A stretch of 64,000 nucleotides of DNA. Source: an uncultured Candidatus Saccharibacteria bacterium (lineage in GTDB: Bacteria; Patescibacteriota; Minisyncoccia; Phycocordibacterales; SBAW01). A program made the translations under genes and the position numbers. Shown here in pieces: positions 45,806 to 55,501 of this stretch (position 1 is the first letter of the stretch; every line of letters begins with the position of its first letter). The stretch spans positions 1,074 to 65,073 of the forward strand of contig CAYZZC010000002.1 in the NCBI GenBank assembly GCA_964482995.1. Reading direction: 5' to 3'. Below the pieces are notes generated by a model, which ran no database searches, was not told the origin of the DNA, and saw only the letters and a program-made list of their open reading frames with translations.

Positions 45806-46816
45806 ATGAAAGGCACCATTTTTGTCACTGGCGGAGCTGGGTTCATTGGCTCTAATTTCATTAGATATGTGTTGTCTAGGCACCCATTAGCAAAAGTCGT
45901 TTGTCTTGACGCTCTTACGTACGCCGGCAATAAGGATAACCTAAAGGGTCTGCCTGCTAAGCGCTTCATATTTGTAAAAGGCGATATTGCCGATAAGGCA
46001 GTAGTAGCTCGTATCTTAAAAAAACATAAACCCGTTTATGTAGTACATTTTGCCGCAGAGTCGCATGTCGACCGTAGTATCCACGGCGGCGCAGAGGCAT
46101 TTTTCCATACCAATGTGCTTGGTACTGCGGCGCTCCTAGGCGTACTTAAAGGTGTTCCTTCTATTAAAAAAATAGTACATGTCTCGACCGACGAGGTGTA
46201 TGGTGCTCTGCCGCTCAAAGGTGGCAATAAATTTACCGAAGAGTCGCCCCTGCTCCCCAACTCTCCCTATGCAGCATCCAAAGCGGCATCTGACCTAGTG
46301 GCACGCTCATATTTTAAAACCTATGGTCTCCCAGTTGTTATCACGCGTTGTTCCAACAACTACGGCCCGTATCAGTATCCGGAAAAACTGATCCCTTTCT
46401 CAATTACTCGGCTTATGGAGGGGAAATCAATCACAATATATGGTGATGGACAGTATGTCCGGGACTGGATCCATGTTGAGGATCATTCCAGCGCAATCCT
46501 ACTCGCTTTAGAAAAAGGGGCTCCTGGTGAGATATATAACATAGGCGCGGATGATGAGTTTAGTAATCTTACTCTCGCACGACGTTTGCTCAAATATTTT
46601 AAAAAAGGTGAGTCTGCAATTACTTATGTCAAAGACCGGCCTGGGCATGACCGCCGCTACGCTATCGATGCTTCGAAGATTAAACGCGAACTCGGGTGGA
46701 AGCCAAAACACACGTTTAACAAGTCATTTGAAACAACGGTAGCGTGGTATGTTGAACATAAGGACTGGATGAAAAAAGCTCTCCTGCGTACAGGCAGAGC
46801 TAATACCCACCTATAA
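45806..46816 (+). CDS. rmlB: dTDP-glucose 4,6-dehydratase
   Basis: IFVTGGAGFIGSNF, HFAAESHVDRS, STDEVYG, YAASKAASD. Confidence 0.85.
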   Translation: MKGTIFVTGGAGFIGSNFIRYVLSRHPLAKVVCLDALTYAGNKDNLKGLPAKRFIFVKGDIADKAVVARILKKHKPVYVVHFAAESHVDRSIHGGAEAFFHTNVLGTAALLGVLKGVPSIKKIVHVSTDEVYGALPLKGGNKFTEESPLLPNSPYAASKAASDLVARSYFKTYGLPVVITRCSNNYGPYQYPEKLIPFSITRLMEGKSITIYGDGQYVRDWIHVEDHSSAILLALEKGAPGEIYNIGADDEFSNLTLARRLLKYFKKGESAITYVKDRPGHDRRYAIDASKIKRELGWKPKHTFNKSFETTVAWYVEHKDWMKKALLRTGRANTHL

Positions 46817-46817
46817 T

Positions 46818-47360
46818 ATGTCTTCCCTTACTAAAACAGTACTTGCATTTCCTGATGTATTTCTCATAACAACTGCTGTGCGGGAGGATGTGCGGGGCAA
46901 TTCTCTCACTATGTATGATGAAGAAGAGTTCGCTAAGCTTGGTATTACAGCATGCTTTGTACAGGACTATGTATCATTCTCAAAAAAAGGAGTTATCCGC
47001 GGTCTTCATTATCAAAAGCCTCCGCATGCGCAAGATAAATTAATCCGCCCCGCGACAGGCAAAGTGCTCGACGTAGTAGCTGTATACGACCAAGCATCAC
47101 CTGATTTCGGCAAATATATTTCTGTAGAGCTCGATGCAAAAAAAGGTGAGATGCTTTTTGTACCTGGTACCTATGCACACGGTTTTTGTGTGCTCAGTGA
47201 TGAGGGGGCACTCGTTGAGTATAAATTAAGTGATGGATATCATCCCGAGTTGGCGGGTGGAGTCAGATGGGACGATCCTTTATTTATGGTTGCGTGGCCT
47301 ACCTCTGATCCGCTATTGTCTCCCCAGGATGTTGCGTGGCCCCTTCTCATCAAAGCATAA
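46818..47360 (+). CDS. rmlC: dTDP-4-dehydrorhamnose 3,5-epimerase
   Basis: DVRGNSL, RGLHYQKPPHAQDKLIR and GFCVLSDEGALVEYK motifs. 180 aa. Confidence 0.85.
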   Translation: MSSLTKTVLAFPDVFLITTAVREDVRGNSLTMYDEEEFAKLGITACFVQDYVSFSKKGVIRGLHYQKPPHAQDKLIRPATGKVLDVVAVYDQASPDFGKYISVELDAKKGEMLFVPGTYAHGFCVLSDEGALVEYKLSDGYHPELAGGVRWDDPLFMVAWPTSDPLLSPQDVAWPLLIKA

Positions 47361-47362
47361 TT

Positions 47363-48211
47363 ATGACTGTATCGCGCGATAAAATTCTCACTACAGGGGC
47401 AGGAGGTATGTTGGGCAGCTATGCCAATTTTGGTATAAAAACTACCCGCGATATGCTCAACGTAGAAGACCTCTCTCAAGTGCGCGCTTTGTTTATGCAA
47501 AGCAGGCCCTCAGTGATTTTTCATTTTGCTGCAGCGACAAATTTGGTTGAGTGTGAAAAAGACCCTACAGGAACATACAGAGCAAATGCTGTCGGTACCT
47601 ATAACATTGCTCTTGCCGCACGTGAAATAGGAGCAAAACTGGTGTATGTATCTACCTCTGCAATCTTTGACGGCAAAAAAGAGGCTCCGTATCTGGAGAA
47701 TGATATACCCAGCCCTCAGAACCATTATGGTCATTCTAAATATATGGGAGAGCTAGTTGTAGAGAGTATGTTGCCCGATGCTGTTATTGCTCGCACCTGT
47801 TGGATGTTTGGCGGCGGCCCCGACAAGGATCACAAATTTGTTGCGAATATTTTAAAACAATTGGAAAAACCAAAAATTGAAGTCATCGGTGGCAAGCGCG
47901 GCTCCCCCACCTACGGCAAGGATTTTGTCGAAGCACTCATTACTCTTGTTGAGGAAGAGAAGGGAGGTATATTTCATGTGGTGAACGAAGGATCACCTAC
48001 ACGAGTTGAAATTGCTCGCGAAATTGTAAAGATCGCTAGAGCCTCGTCCAAGGTCGTTGAAGCAGATTCAGCAGTGTTTGAAAAACAATACCCTGGAGCG
48101 GGTGCACGTGGTAATGAGAGTATTGCTTCAACAAAAATCACTTTGCGTCCATGGCAGGAAGCATTGGCAGAATATATCAACACAGAGTGGAAGAGGAAGA
48201 TTATTTCCTAA
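47363..48211 (+). CDS. rmlD: dTDP-4-dehydrorhamnose reductase
   Basis: ILTTGAGGMLGS, FHFAAAT, YGHSKYMGE (YxxxK), GIFHVVNEG. Confidence 0.8.
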   Translation: MTVSRDKILTTGAGGMLGSYANFGIKTTRDMLNVEDLSQVRALFMQSRPSVIFHFAAATNLVECEKDPTGTYRANAVGTYNIALAAREIGAKLVYVSTSAIFDGKKEAPYLENDIPSPQNHYGHSKYMGELVVESMLPDAVIARTCWMFGGGPDKDHKFVANILKQLEKPKIEVIGGKRGSPTYGKDFVEALITLVEEEKGGIFHVVNEGSPTRVEIAREIVKIARASSKVVEADSAVFEKQYPGAGARGNESIASTKITLRPWQEALAEYINTEWKRKIIS

Positions 48212-48215
48212 GATC

Positions 48216-49100
48216 ATGAAAGAAACCCCAGACATTTCTATAGTGGTTTTAAATTGGAATACTTCATACCTGCTTACAAGAGCACTTGAGTCTATTATTT
48301 CTGCAGCAGGCGATATCAACTATGAAGTTATTGTGATCGACAACGCCTCGACCGACGGGGGGTTTAAGCATGTGCCAGAAAATATCCGTCATAATCCTCG
48401 TTTTACTTTCATACAGAACGAAAAGAATTTAGGATGGGCGGCTATCAATATCATGCTTGAGCAATCGCATACAAAATACATTGCGACCATAGATCCTGAT
48501 GCACTTCTTCGTCCAGGCGCACTCCAATCTCTCTATAGGTTTATGGAAGAGCACCCAGAAGCGGGAGCAGCAACAGCGTCACTTTTTAATCCAGATGGTT
48601 CCCCTCAGCTCTATTATCGTCGTATCATGACGCCCTCGATATATTTCTTCACTACGATTATCGGGAGAGTTATCGATAAATACCTGCTTAACCTCAGGCG
48701 TTGGAAACAATATCGTTATGAAGACCTTAATATTAATGTCCTTTCAGAAGTAGAGCAGCCAGCATGGCCATGCCTTATGTGGCGGCGCGAAGCACTTGGC
48801 ACATATATCGTTGATGAACAAATCCCTTTTTATTTTCTTGACGTTGAGATGAGTAGGAGCTTGTATAACCGAGGATATAAAATATATCTTGTACCCGACG
48901 CTACGATTACCCACCTCAAGTCGACCTCCTATAATAAGAAAGAAAGCTCATGGCGTCGGAAGGAGTATAACCGCAGCCTTATGGTATATTTTAAAAAGCA
49001 CTATCCATTTTCTGCTCCATTGGTATGGGTTGCAGCATGGATCGACCGAGCACTCAGAGCCTTGTCCCGAGCTTTTCTTGGCCGAGAACCGTTGCGATGA
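48216..49100 (+). CDS. Glycosyltransferase family 2
   Basis: ISIVVLNWN...VIVIDNASTDG and IDPDAL (DxD) motifs. Confidence 0.75.
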   Translation: MKETPDISIVVLNWNTSYLLTRALESIISAAGDINYEVIVIDNASTDGGFKHVPENIRHNPRFTFIQNEKNLGWAAINIMLEQSHTKYIATIDPDALLRPGALQSLYRFMEEHPEAGAATASLFNPDGSPQLYYRRIMTPSIYFFTTIIGRVIDKYLLNLRRWKQYRYEDLNINVLSEVEQPAWPCLMWRREALGTYIVDEQIPFYFLDVEMSRSLYNRGYKIYLVPDATITHLKSTSYNKKESSWRRKEYNRSLMVYFKKHYPFSAPLVWVAAWIDRALRALSRAFLGREPLR

Positions 49101-50332
49101 ATATGGAAGATTGTATTTATAAGACAACCTGTCGGGTGTGCGAAGGAAGCGGCCTTGTTGAGGTGCTTAACTTAGGTTCAACTCCGCCTGCAAACGCATA
49201 TCTTAGCCAAGAAGATTTGGATAAGCCAGAAAAATATTTTCCTTTGGTTCTATATTTTTGTCGGACTTGCTCACTCCTTCAGTTACGCCATGTGGTGAAC
49301 CCTGAGATCCTCTTTAAGGATTATCATTTTTTAACTGGCGCAAGCTCACCCTCAGTCGCACATTTTAAGGAGTATGCCGAAAAAGTGATATTGCCACTTA
49401 TTACTTCGCCTAACGATCTTTTAATAGATATCGGCGGCAATGACGGCGTTCTGCTCAGTTATATAAAGGATAAAGCTCGCGTACTCAATGTTGACCCGGC
49501 TGACAACCTCGCCTCCATTTCAGAAGAGAGGGGTGTGCCATTTTATCCGGCGTTTTTTACATCACAAACAGCGGACGAGCTGCTAGAGAAATTTGGTGAA
49601 GCAAAAGTGGTGACCGCAAACAACGTGTTTGCTCACACGGACCCTATTCGAAATGTGTTCGAGGGAGTAGCAAAACTTATTGGTGAAAATGGTACGTTTA
49701 TATTTGAAGTTCATTGGGCGAAGCATCTTGTAGATGAAAGCGCTTTCGACCAGATATATCACGAGCATCTTTGTTTTTACTCGCTGCACGCACTAAAAAT
49801 GTTAGTAGAAGGGGCGGGTATGCAGATATTTGATGTTGAGATAGTCCCGGCACAAGGCAAGTCGCTGCGTGTCTATACTGCGAAGAGCCGCGCGCCAAGC
49901 GAAAACGTTACTCGCGTTCTTGCTGAGGAAAAAGCTGCAGGGCTCACAAACGAAGCAACTTACCACGCGTTTGCACAACATGTGGAAGAAAATAAAAAGA
50001 AGGTTGTCTCACTACTCAAAGAGCTAAAAAGCAAAGGTAAAAAAATAGTGGGCTATGGCGCCCCAGCAAAGAGCAACACACTCCTTAATTATTATGGTGT
50101 CGGCAAAGAAACACTCGACTATTTAACTGACACGACAACTCTCAAGCAAGGGCTCTTTAGTCCTGGGACACACATACCAATCGTCTCTCCAGATAGGCTT
50201 TTGACTGATACTCCAGATTACATACTACTTCTCGCATGGAACTTTAAAGACGCTATTTTAGAGAAAGAAAAAGCGCTTCGAGCAAAGGGCGTAAAATTTA
50301 TTGTCACTGTGCCTAGAGTAGAAATTATATAA
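49097..50332 (+). CDS. NDP-hexose C-methyltransferase family (TylC3/EvaC-like) with N-terminal zinc-binding domain
   Basis: CRVCEGS...CRTC Cys4 motif, LIDIGGNDGVLL SAM motif, and a C-terminal HLCFYSLHAL...VYT block of the C-methyltransferase family. ATGA overlap with the GT2. Confidence 0.7.
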   Translation: MNMEDCIYKTTCRVCEGSGLVEVLNLGSTPPANAYLSQEDLDKPEKYFPLVLYFCRTCSLLQLRHVVNPEILFKDYHFLTGASSPSVAHFKEYAEKVILPLITSPNDLLIDIGGNDGVLLSYIKDKARVLNVDPADNLASISEERGVPFYPAFFTSQTADELLEKFGEAKVVTANNVFAHTDPIRNVFEGVAKLIGENGTFIFEVHWAKHLVDESAFDQIYHEHLCFYSLHALKMLVEGAGMQIFDVEIVPAQGKSLRVYTAKSRAPSENVTRVLAEEKAAGLTNEATYHAFAQHVEENKKKVVSLLKELKSKGKKIVGYGAPAKSNTLLNYYGVGKETLDYLTDTTTLKQGLFSPGTHIPIVSPDRLLTDTPDYILLLAWNFKDAILEKEKALRAKGVKFIVTVPRVEII

Positions 50333-50381
50333 TGTTCGCTAGTTGTGTTACAACAATTGTTCTGACACAGTTGTAATATCT

Positions 50382-52268
50382 ATGCCTCTCCAAAACGAGA
50401 AAAATATTATTCTGCTTTCTGAGATAGGGCAGCTACCGGCCCTTGAGCATTTTTTGGGAGAGCACCCAGAGATCGTCTCAGAAGGCTATACGTTAATTCC
50501 GATTGATATTGAGATCGAGAATGTGCTAATGGAAAAAGGCATTCCTTTTGTCTCTGGACGAGAGTATCGCACGCGAGACGCCGACTTTATGGTGCTCGCC
50601 GAAGAGTGGCCACGAGCCCTGTTTGAGAGCAAAGACTGGTTGTTCTTCTCGTATCGCGGTGTGTCACTTTCTCAACTGTACTTTCTTTCAGTGCAATGGT
50701 ATCTCTCCCATCTTCTATACTACGCAGATATTGTTGCAAATGTGATTCATAAACATATTGGATTGAAGCGACTAGTTGTATTTCCTGCTCCAGACGGTAC
50801 ACCCCCAATGGGAAGTGTCCTCGTTGCGCGTCAAATTCATGCTTTTGTAGACGCAGCGGAATGTATAGGGCGAGCTGGTGGCGTAGAAGTGATTGTTCAG
50901 AATATTGATTCAGCACTCAAAAATGAAATTCGCTCCGCATCATTTACTTTAAAACGAGGCCTTTTTAGTGTTGGAATATTGCTTCTTAATATCATTGTTG
51001 CCTCGATGCGTTCAAAACGAGAGATCAGTATTCTTGCAAGTGACTATTGGAAAAATCTAGAACCGTATATAAAAAACCTGCCTGCCGAGATTATGCTTAT
51101 CGATCGGCAGGAAGCTTTTAAAGCAGGGATAAAAAATATATGGAAGTACCGGATGCGCTTCGTGCATCCTGACTCGTTTAGAGAATCAGTCCAGGAGGAA
51201 CAAAGCACGGCTAGAGAAAATATTGCAAGACAGTGGAGTTTGCTTAAACAGCAAGGCACAATGCCCACTTTTGAGTTTAGAGGGTTTTCTCTTCGACCAC
51301 TTTTTGTGCAGGCGCTTGAGGCTATTATTAGAGACGTTCTAGAAGAACGGCTTGAAGATATCGATGACACACACGCAATGCTCAAGCGTTTGAAACCACA
51401 AGTTGTAGCTTTGCGCGCGACAGTCAGTACCCAGACACACTTTGTTATTTTGGCACAAGTGGCACGCGCACAAGGCATACCATCGATAGAGATGCAGCAT
51501 GGTTTTGAGTACTACGGCCCCGGTTCGGTGAGTAAACGTCACCGTAGCGAATACACAGGTGTATATGGCCCACTCACCGCGCGGCAACTTGCTGAGGTTG
51601 GTGACAACGACACTACTCCAGTAATAATCGGCTCCCCACGTTTTGATGTATATGCGTCGCTCAGAGACGCTGGCGCAAACAAAAAATCAACAGGACGAGT
51701 CACTGTGCTGTGTGTTGCCCCTGCGGTAGACCCGGGCGGAGACTTTGACACATATGAGACAGAGGAATTTTTTAAGACGATTGCCAATGCAGCAACGCAC
51801 ATTCCTAACATTCATGTAATCGTCAAGCGTCGCCCGGGACCCAACAGAGATGAATGGTATCTTTCAATGATTGCCTCGTTATTCTCAACTATTTCTCATG
51901 AGGTTGCACAGTTTGAACCATTTGCAGAGCTCTACCCATGCGCCGACATCGTAATCTCTTGCTACTCAACTGCAGCCATCGAAGCAATGCAATGCGGTAA
52001 GCCACTTATCTATCTCGGTGTCTCTCCAGAGCAGGCAATGATGGGGGTGCATCATTTCTCATACTACGCTAGTCAAGGCGCAATGATGATCGCCACCACT
52101 GAGGCAGAACTAAGCACCGCTCTCGTATTTCTTGTAAGAGACCAACATGCACGCGCAGAAGTATCAAAACACGCGGTGGCGTTTCTGGACCGGGAGTATG
52201 CATTCGACGGGCGCGCCAATGAGCGTGCGGCCGAATTAGTTCGCTCACTCGCTGCGAGCAAAAGGTAG
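50382..52268 (+). CDS. Large capsule/teichoic-acid-type polymerase-like protein (CDP-glycerol glycerophosphotransferase/Capsule_synth-like C-terminal domain)
   Basis: C-terminal ADIVISCYSTAAIEAMQCGKPLIYL resembles the TagB/TagF pattern ADxLITDYSSvxFDFLLLDKPIIFY. N-terminal 300 aa unassigned. Confidence 0.45.
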   Translation: MPLQNEKNIILLSEIGQLPALEHFLGEHPEIVSEGYTLIPIDIEIENVLMEKGIPFVSGREYRTRDADFMVLAEEWPRALFESKDWLFFSYRGVSLSQLYFLSVQWYLSHLLYYADIVANVIHKHIGLKRLVVFPAPDGTPPMGSVLVARQIHAFVDAAECIGRAGGVEVIVQNIDSALKNEIRSASFTLKRGLFSVGILLLNIIVASMRSKREISILASDYWKNLEPYIKNLPAEIMLIDRQEAFKAGIKNIWKYRMRFVHPDSFRESVQEEQSTARENIARQWSLLKQQGTMPTFEFRGFSLRPLFVQALEAIIRDVLEERLEDIDDTHAMLKRLKPQVVALRATVSTQTHFVILAQVARAQGIPSIEMQHGFEYYGPGSVSKRHRSEYTGVYGPLTARQLAEVGDNDTTPVIIGSPRFDVYASLRDAGANKKSTGRVTVLCVAPAVDPGGDFDTYETEEFFKTIANAATHIPNIHVIVKRRPGPNRDEWYLSMIASLFSTISHEVAQFEPFAELYPCADIVISCYSTAAIEAMQCGKPLIYLGVSPEQAMMGVHHFSYYASQGAMMIATTEAELSTALVFLVRDQHARAEVSKHAVAFLDREYAFDGRANERAAELVRSLAASKR

Positions 52269-52322
52269 CAGAGCCCTTGCAAAGATAGCATTTTGTTGTA
52301 AAATCACATCCTCATAAAAGGT

Positions 52323-53087
52323 ATGCTAAATAGCTATAATTTAAAGCGAAAAACAGTCCTTGTGACTGGCGCATGCGGGCAAATTGGCCAGGCATTGGTG
52401 CTAGCGCTCCTTAAAAACGGTGCATATGTCTATGGCGTTGATGTGGTGCCCGCGGTTGACTCCAAGTTTAAAAAGCTCTTAGCGCCCTACGCTCGTCGCT
52501 TTTCATACATTGCAGCAGATATTACCAGCGAGCGCAAAATTAAAGCAATGCTACGCGCTCTCAAGCGCCCAGTAGATGTGCTTATCAACTGTGCCGGGGT
52601 CGGTGTCTATACACCGTTTGAGAAGCGCACCGAGGAAGAACTCGACCGCGTCATAAACCTCAACCTAAAAGGCACGATCTTTATGTCCAAGGCCATTTCA
52701 AAAGACATGGCAAAGAGAAAGAAGGGCACTATCATAAATTTCGGTTCGGTTTATGGTGTGGCAGTGCCGGACTTTCGCATCTACGGCGACTCTGGCAGAA
52801 ACAGTTCTGAGATTTATAGCGCAACAAAAGCAGGCATTATACATCTGACAAAATATCTGGCTGTCTATTTGGCGAAGCATGGGGTTAGGGTTAACGCTAT
52901 TTCCCCTGGAGGTGTATTTAACAACCAGGCAGACTTTTTTGTGAAAAATTACGAATATAAGACGCCGATTGGTCGTATGGCTACGCCGGATGATCTTGTG
53001 GGAGCCATACTGTTTTTAGCCTCAGACGATGCTCGTTACATAACCGGGCAAAATATTGTTGTAGATGGAGGATTCACCTTATGGTAA
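52323..53087 (+). CDS. SDR-family oxidoreductase
   Basis: VLVTGACGQIGQAL, NCAGVG, YSATKAGI. Confidence 0.8.
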   Translation: MLNSYNLKRKTVLVTGACGQIGQALVLALLKNGAYVYGVDVVPAVDSKFKKLLAPYARRFSYIAADITSERKIKAMLRALKRPVDVLINCAGVGVYTPFEKRTEEELDRVINLNLKGTIFMSKAISKDMAKRKKGTIINFGSVYGVAVPDFRIYGDSGRNSSEIYSATKAGIIHLTKYLAVYLAKHGVRVNAISPGGVFNNQADFFVKNYEYKTPIGRMATPDDLVGAILFLASDDARYITGQNIVVDGGFTLW

Positions 53088-55501
53088 AACGAGCGAAGGA
53101 AAAAACAGATAAAAGACGCAAAGCGTTTGTCATTGGAGCCGGCATGAGCGGGCTCTCTTCTGCTTTGCGTATGGCTGAGCTCGGGCTCGATGTCACGCTG
53201 TTTGAGAAGGACGGAGTTGTGGGTGGGATGGCAGGTTCATTTGCCTGGGGGGAGTTTCCTCATATGGACCACGGCCCACACATCTTTCATACCCCAGACG
53301 AACGTCAGGCAAAGATTTGGGACACTGAGTACGGCGATTTATTTTATAAAAACGAATTCTGGGGCAAGAACGTCAAGGGGGAAAGGTTCGATGAATACTA
53401 CGATTATCCGCTTTCGCTCGAGTCGCTCAAGAGTTTTCCTGCCAAGCTTCGTACACAGGTTTTGGAGGAGATAGGGAAGCTCGACGAAACCCGCAAAGCA
53501 GAGGCAAAGAGTTATCGCGAGTATGTGCTCGAGCTTGTGGGCCCAACACTCACAGAGATGTTTTTTATCCGTTACCCTGAAAAACTATGGGGAGTCTCGG
53601 TTGACGATATGACTCCCAATTGGGCACCTAAGCGAGTTAATTTCCGCAGAGCGAAAGGGCACTTTCACGCAGGGCAGTGGAGCGCGGTAGGTAAATATGG
53701 CGCGGGCAGGGTCTTGGAGCGTATGGCAGAGAAATTTACTGCGGTTGGTGGCACCTTGCGTCTCAATACTGCACTTACTGGGATTGAAAAGAAAGACAAC
53801 ATCATTACTTCTCTCGTGTTTGGTAAAGAGAAGATCGTAGTAGGGCCAAATGATCACGTTGTTTCTACCATGCCACTTCCCGTGCTTGGCGAACTCTTGG
53901 GTGTGCACAATAAGCTTAAATATCGTGGGGCAAAGCTTATTTTTATTGCCGCAAAGAAAAGCCAAGCCATAAAGGGCAAGCCGAGTTTCTTGTACTATGA
54001 TGATCCTAATATCATCTTCCACCGCGTCAGCGAGCAGAAAAAGTTTTGTCCGGTTGGATTCCCTAAAAACAAGACCGTGTTGACGGTTGAAGTTGCTTTT
54101 ACCCTCGGGGACGAACGCGACAAGACTTCTGAAAAAGCGTTTATCGAACGCGTAACCAAAGACCTTATAAAAGTAGGTCTGCTTAAGAAAGGCGAGGCTT
54201 GTGATGGCAAAATGGTCTCGCTGCCGTATGTGTACCCCCTTATGGTAAAAGGTGTTGAAGATGAACTAGCTCAAGTACGCTCAAAAATAGCGGCGTTTAA
54301 GCAGCTCCACCTTATTGGCACCGGCGGCGACTACCACTATGCAGACCTGCAGATCCTTGCGGTAAAGGGGCGCGACTTAGGAGAGCGGCTTGCAGGAAAA
54401 AATGAGCTGGAAAGTAAAGAACTCCGCAAAGATATACAAACACACTCTTTTAATACAGAAGTGCAGCTTGGTGCACACACAGTCAAATATGGTGCACCAG
54501 CGTTTATTATCGCCGAAGTCGGTCTCAACCATAACGGGTCAGTAGTGCTTGCAAAGAAGCTGATAGACGCGGCTAAAGAAGCCGGAGCATCGGCAGTCAA
54601 ATTTCAGAGTTATCGCGCAGAGAGCCGACTCTCTAAAAAAGTAAAAGAGAATCGTTATGCTGAGGAGTTGGTGGACACCGAGGAGTCGACCTTCAAGATG
54701 TTGAAGCGCCTCGAGTTTGGACTTAAAGAACATAAGGAGCTTTTTGCCTATGCACGTAAAGTGGGTATTCCTATTTTTTCTACCCCGTTTGATATTGAGA
54801 ATGTTGAATTACTTGAGTCTCTCGGTACGCCCTTTTATAAAATCGCCTCGATGGACGTAGTTAATTTGCCGCTCATTAAGCGAGTAGCCCTGACAGGGAA
54901 GCCGATCATTATGTCGACCGGTATGTCGACGCTCTCGCAGATCGACGACGCGGTCGGCACAGTGCGCGGCGCAGGGAACAAAAATCTTGTACTACTCCAA
55001 TGTGTTTCCTCCTACCCAGCTGCAGCAGAGGACATGAACTTGCGCGCAATGAAAACGCTTCATAAAACATTTGGTGTGCCTGCCGGCTTCTCTGACCATG
55101 CTATTGGCCTTACCGCCTCTGTGGTCGCGCTCTCGCTTGGGGCTGTGGTAATCGAGCGGCACTTTACGCTCGATAGGTTTATGGAAGGGCCCGACCATAT
55201 ACTTTCTTCTGATCCAAAAGAGTTGAAAGAGCTTGTGCGATTGAGCCGCACTATACCGCTTATAAAAGGTAAAGGACAAAAGATTATTGTGGGGAGCGAG
55301 GTTGAGACGATAAATAAATTTAAAAAAGGTCTCTACGCAAAAGTAAATATAAAAAAAGGGCAGAAGATTACAACTGAGATGCTTACGATCAAAGGTCCAG
55401 GTGGAGCGATTCTACCTAAATTTATGGACATGGTAGTGGGTAAAACCGCTCACGAAGCGATCTCTGCAGATTATCCGATCCTTTGGGACCATGTTGTATG
55501 A
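53081..55501 (+). CDS. Fusion protein: N-terminal UDP-galactopyranose-mutase-like FAD oxidoreductase domain plus C-terminal NeuB-family synthase (N-acetylneuraminate/pseudaminate synthase-like) with SAF domain
   Basis: N-terminus AFVIGAGMSGLSSA...GGMAGSF...HGPHIFHTPD matches the Glf dinucleotide and HIFHT motifs. C-terminus has PAFIIAEVGLNHNGS, LLQCVSSYPAAAEDMNLRAM, GFSDHAIGL and a SAF-type tail. 806 aa. Confidence 0.7.
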   Translation: MVKRAKEKTDKRRKAFVIGAGMSGLSSALRMAELGLDVTLFEKDGVVGGMAGSFAWGEFPHMDHGPHIFHTPDERQAKIWDTEYGDLFYKNEFWGKNVKGERFDEYYDYPLSLESLKSFPAKLRTQVLEEIGKLDETRKAEAKSYREYVLELVGPTLTEMFFIRYPEKLWGVSVDDMTPNWAPKRVNFRRAKGHFHAGQWSAVGKYGAGRVLERMAEKFTAVGGTLRLNTALTGIEKKDNIITSLVFGKEKIVVGPNDHVVSTMPLPVLGELLGVHNKLKYRGAKLIFIAAKKSQAIKGKPSFLYYDDPNIIFHRVSEQKKFCPVGFPKNKTVLTVEVAFTLGDERDKTSEKAFIERVTKDLIKVGLLKKGEACDGKMVSLPYVYPLMVKGVEDELAQVRSKIAAFKQLHLIGTGGDYHYADLQILAVKGRDLGERLAGKNELESKELRKDIQTHSFNTEVQLGAHTVKYGAPAFIIAEVGLNHNGSVVLAKKLIDAAKEAGASAVKFQSYRAESRLSKKVKENRYAEELVDTEESTFKMLKRLEFGLKEHKELFAYARKVGIPIFSTPFDIENVELLESLGTPFYKIASMDVVNLPLIKRVALTGKPIIMSTGMSTLSQIDDAVGTVRGAGNKNLVLLQCVSSYPAAAEDMNLRAMKTLHKTFGVPAGFSDHAIGLTASVVALSLGAVVIERHFTLDRFMEGPDHILSSDPKELKELVRLSRTIPLIKGKGQKIIVGSEVETINKFKKGLYAKVNIKKGQKITTEMLTIKGPGGAILPKFMDMVVGKTAHEAISADYPILWDHVV

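Noticed and set aside
51044-51478. 144-aa minus-strand ORF inside the 50382-52268 gene
   Set aside because: Cys/Ser-rich antisense frame, no signals.
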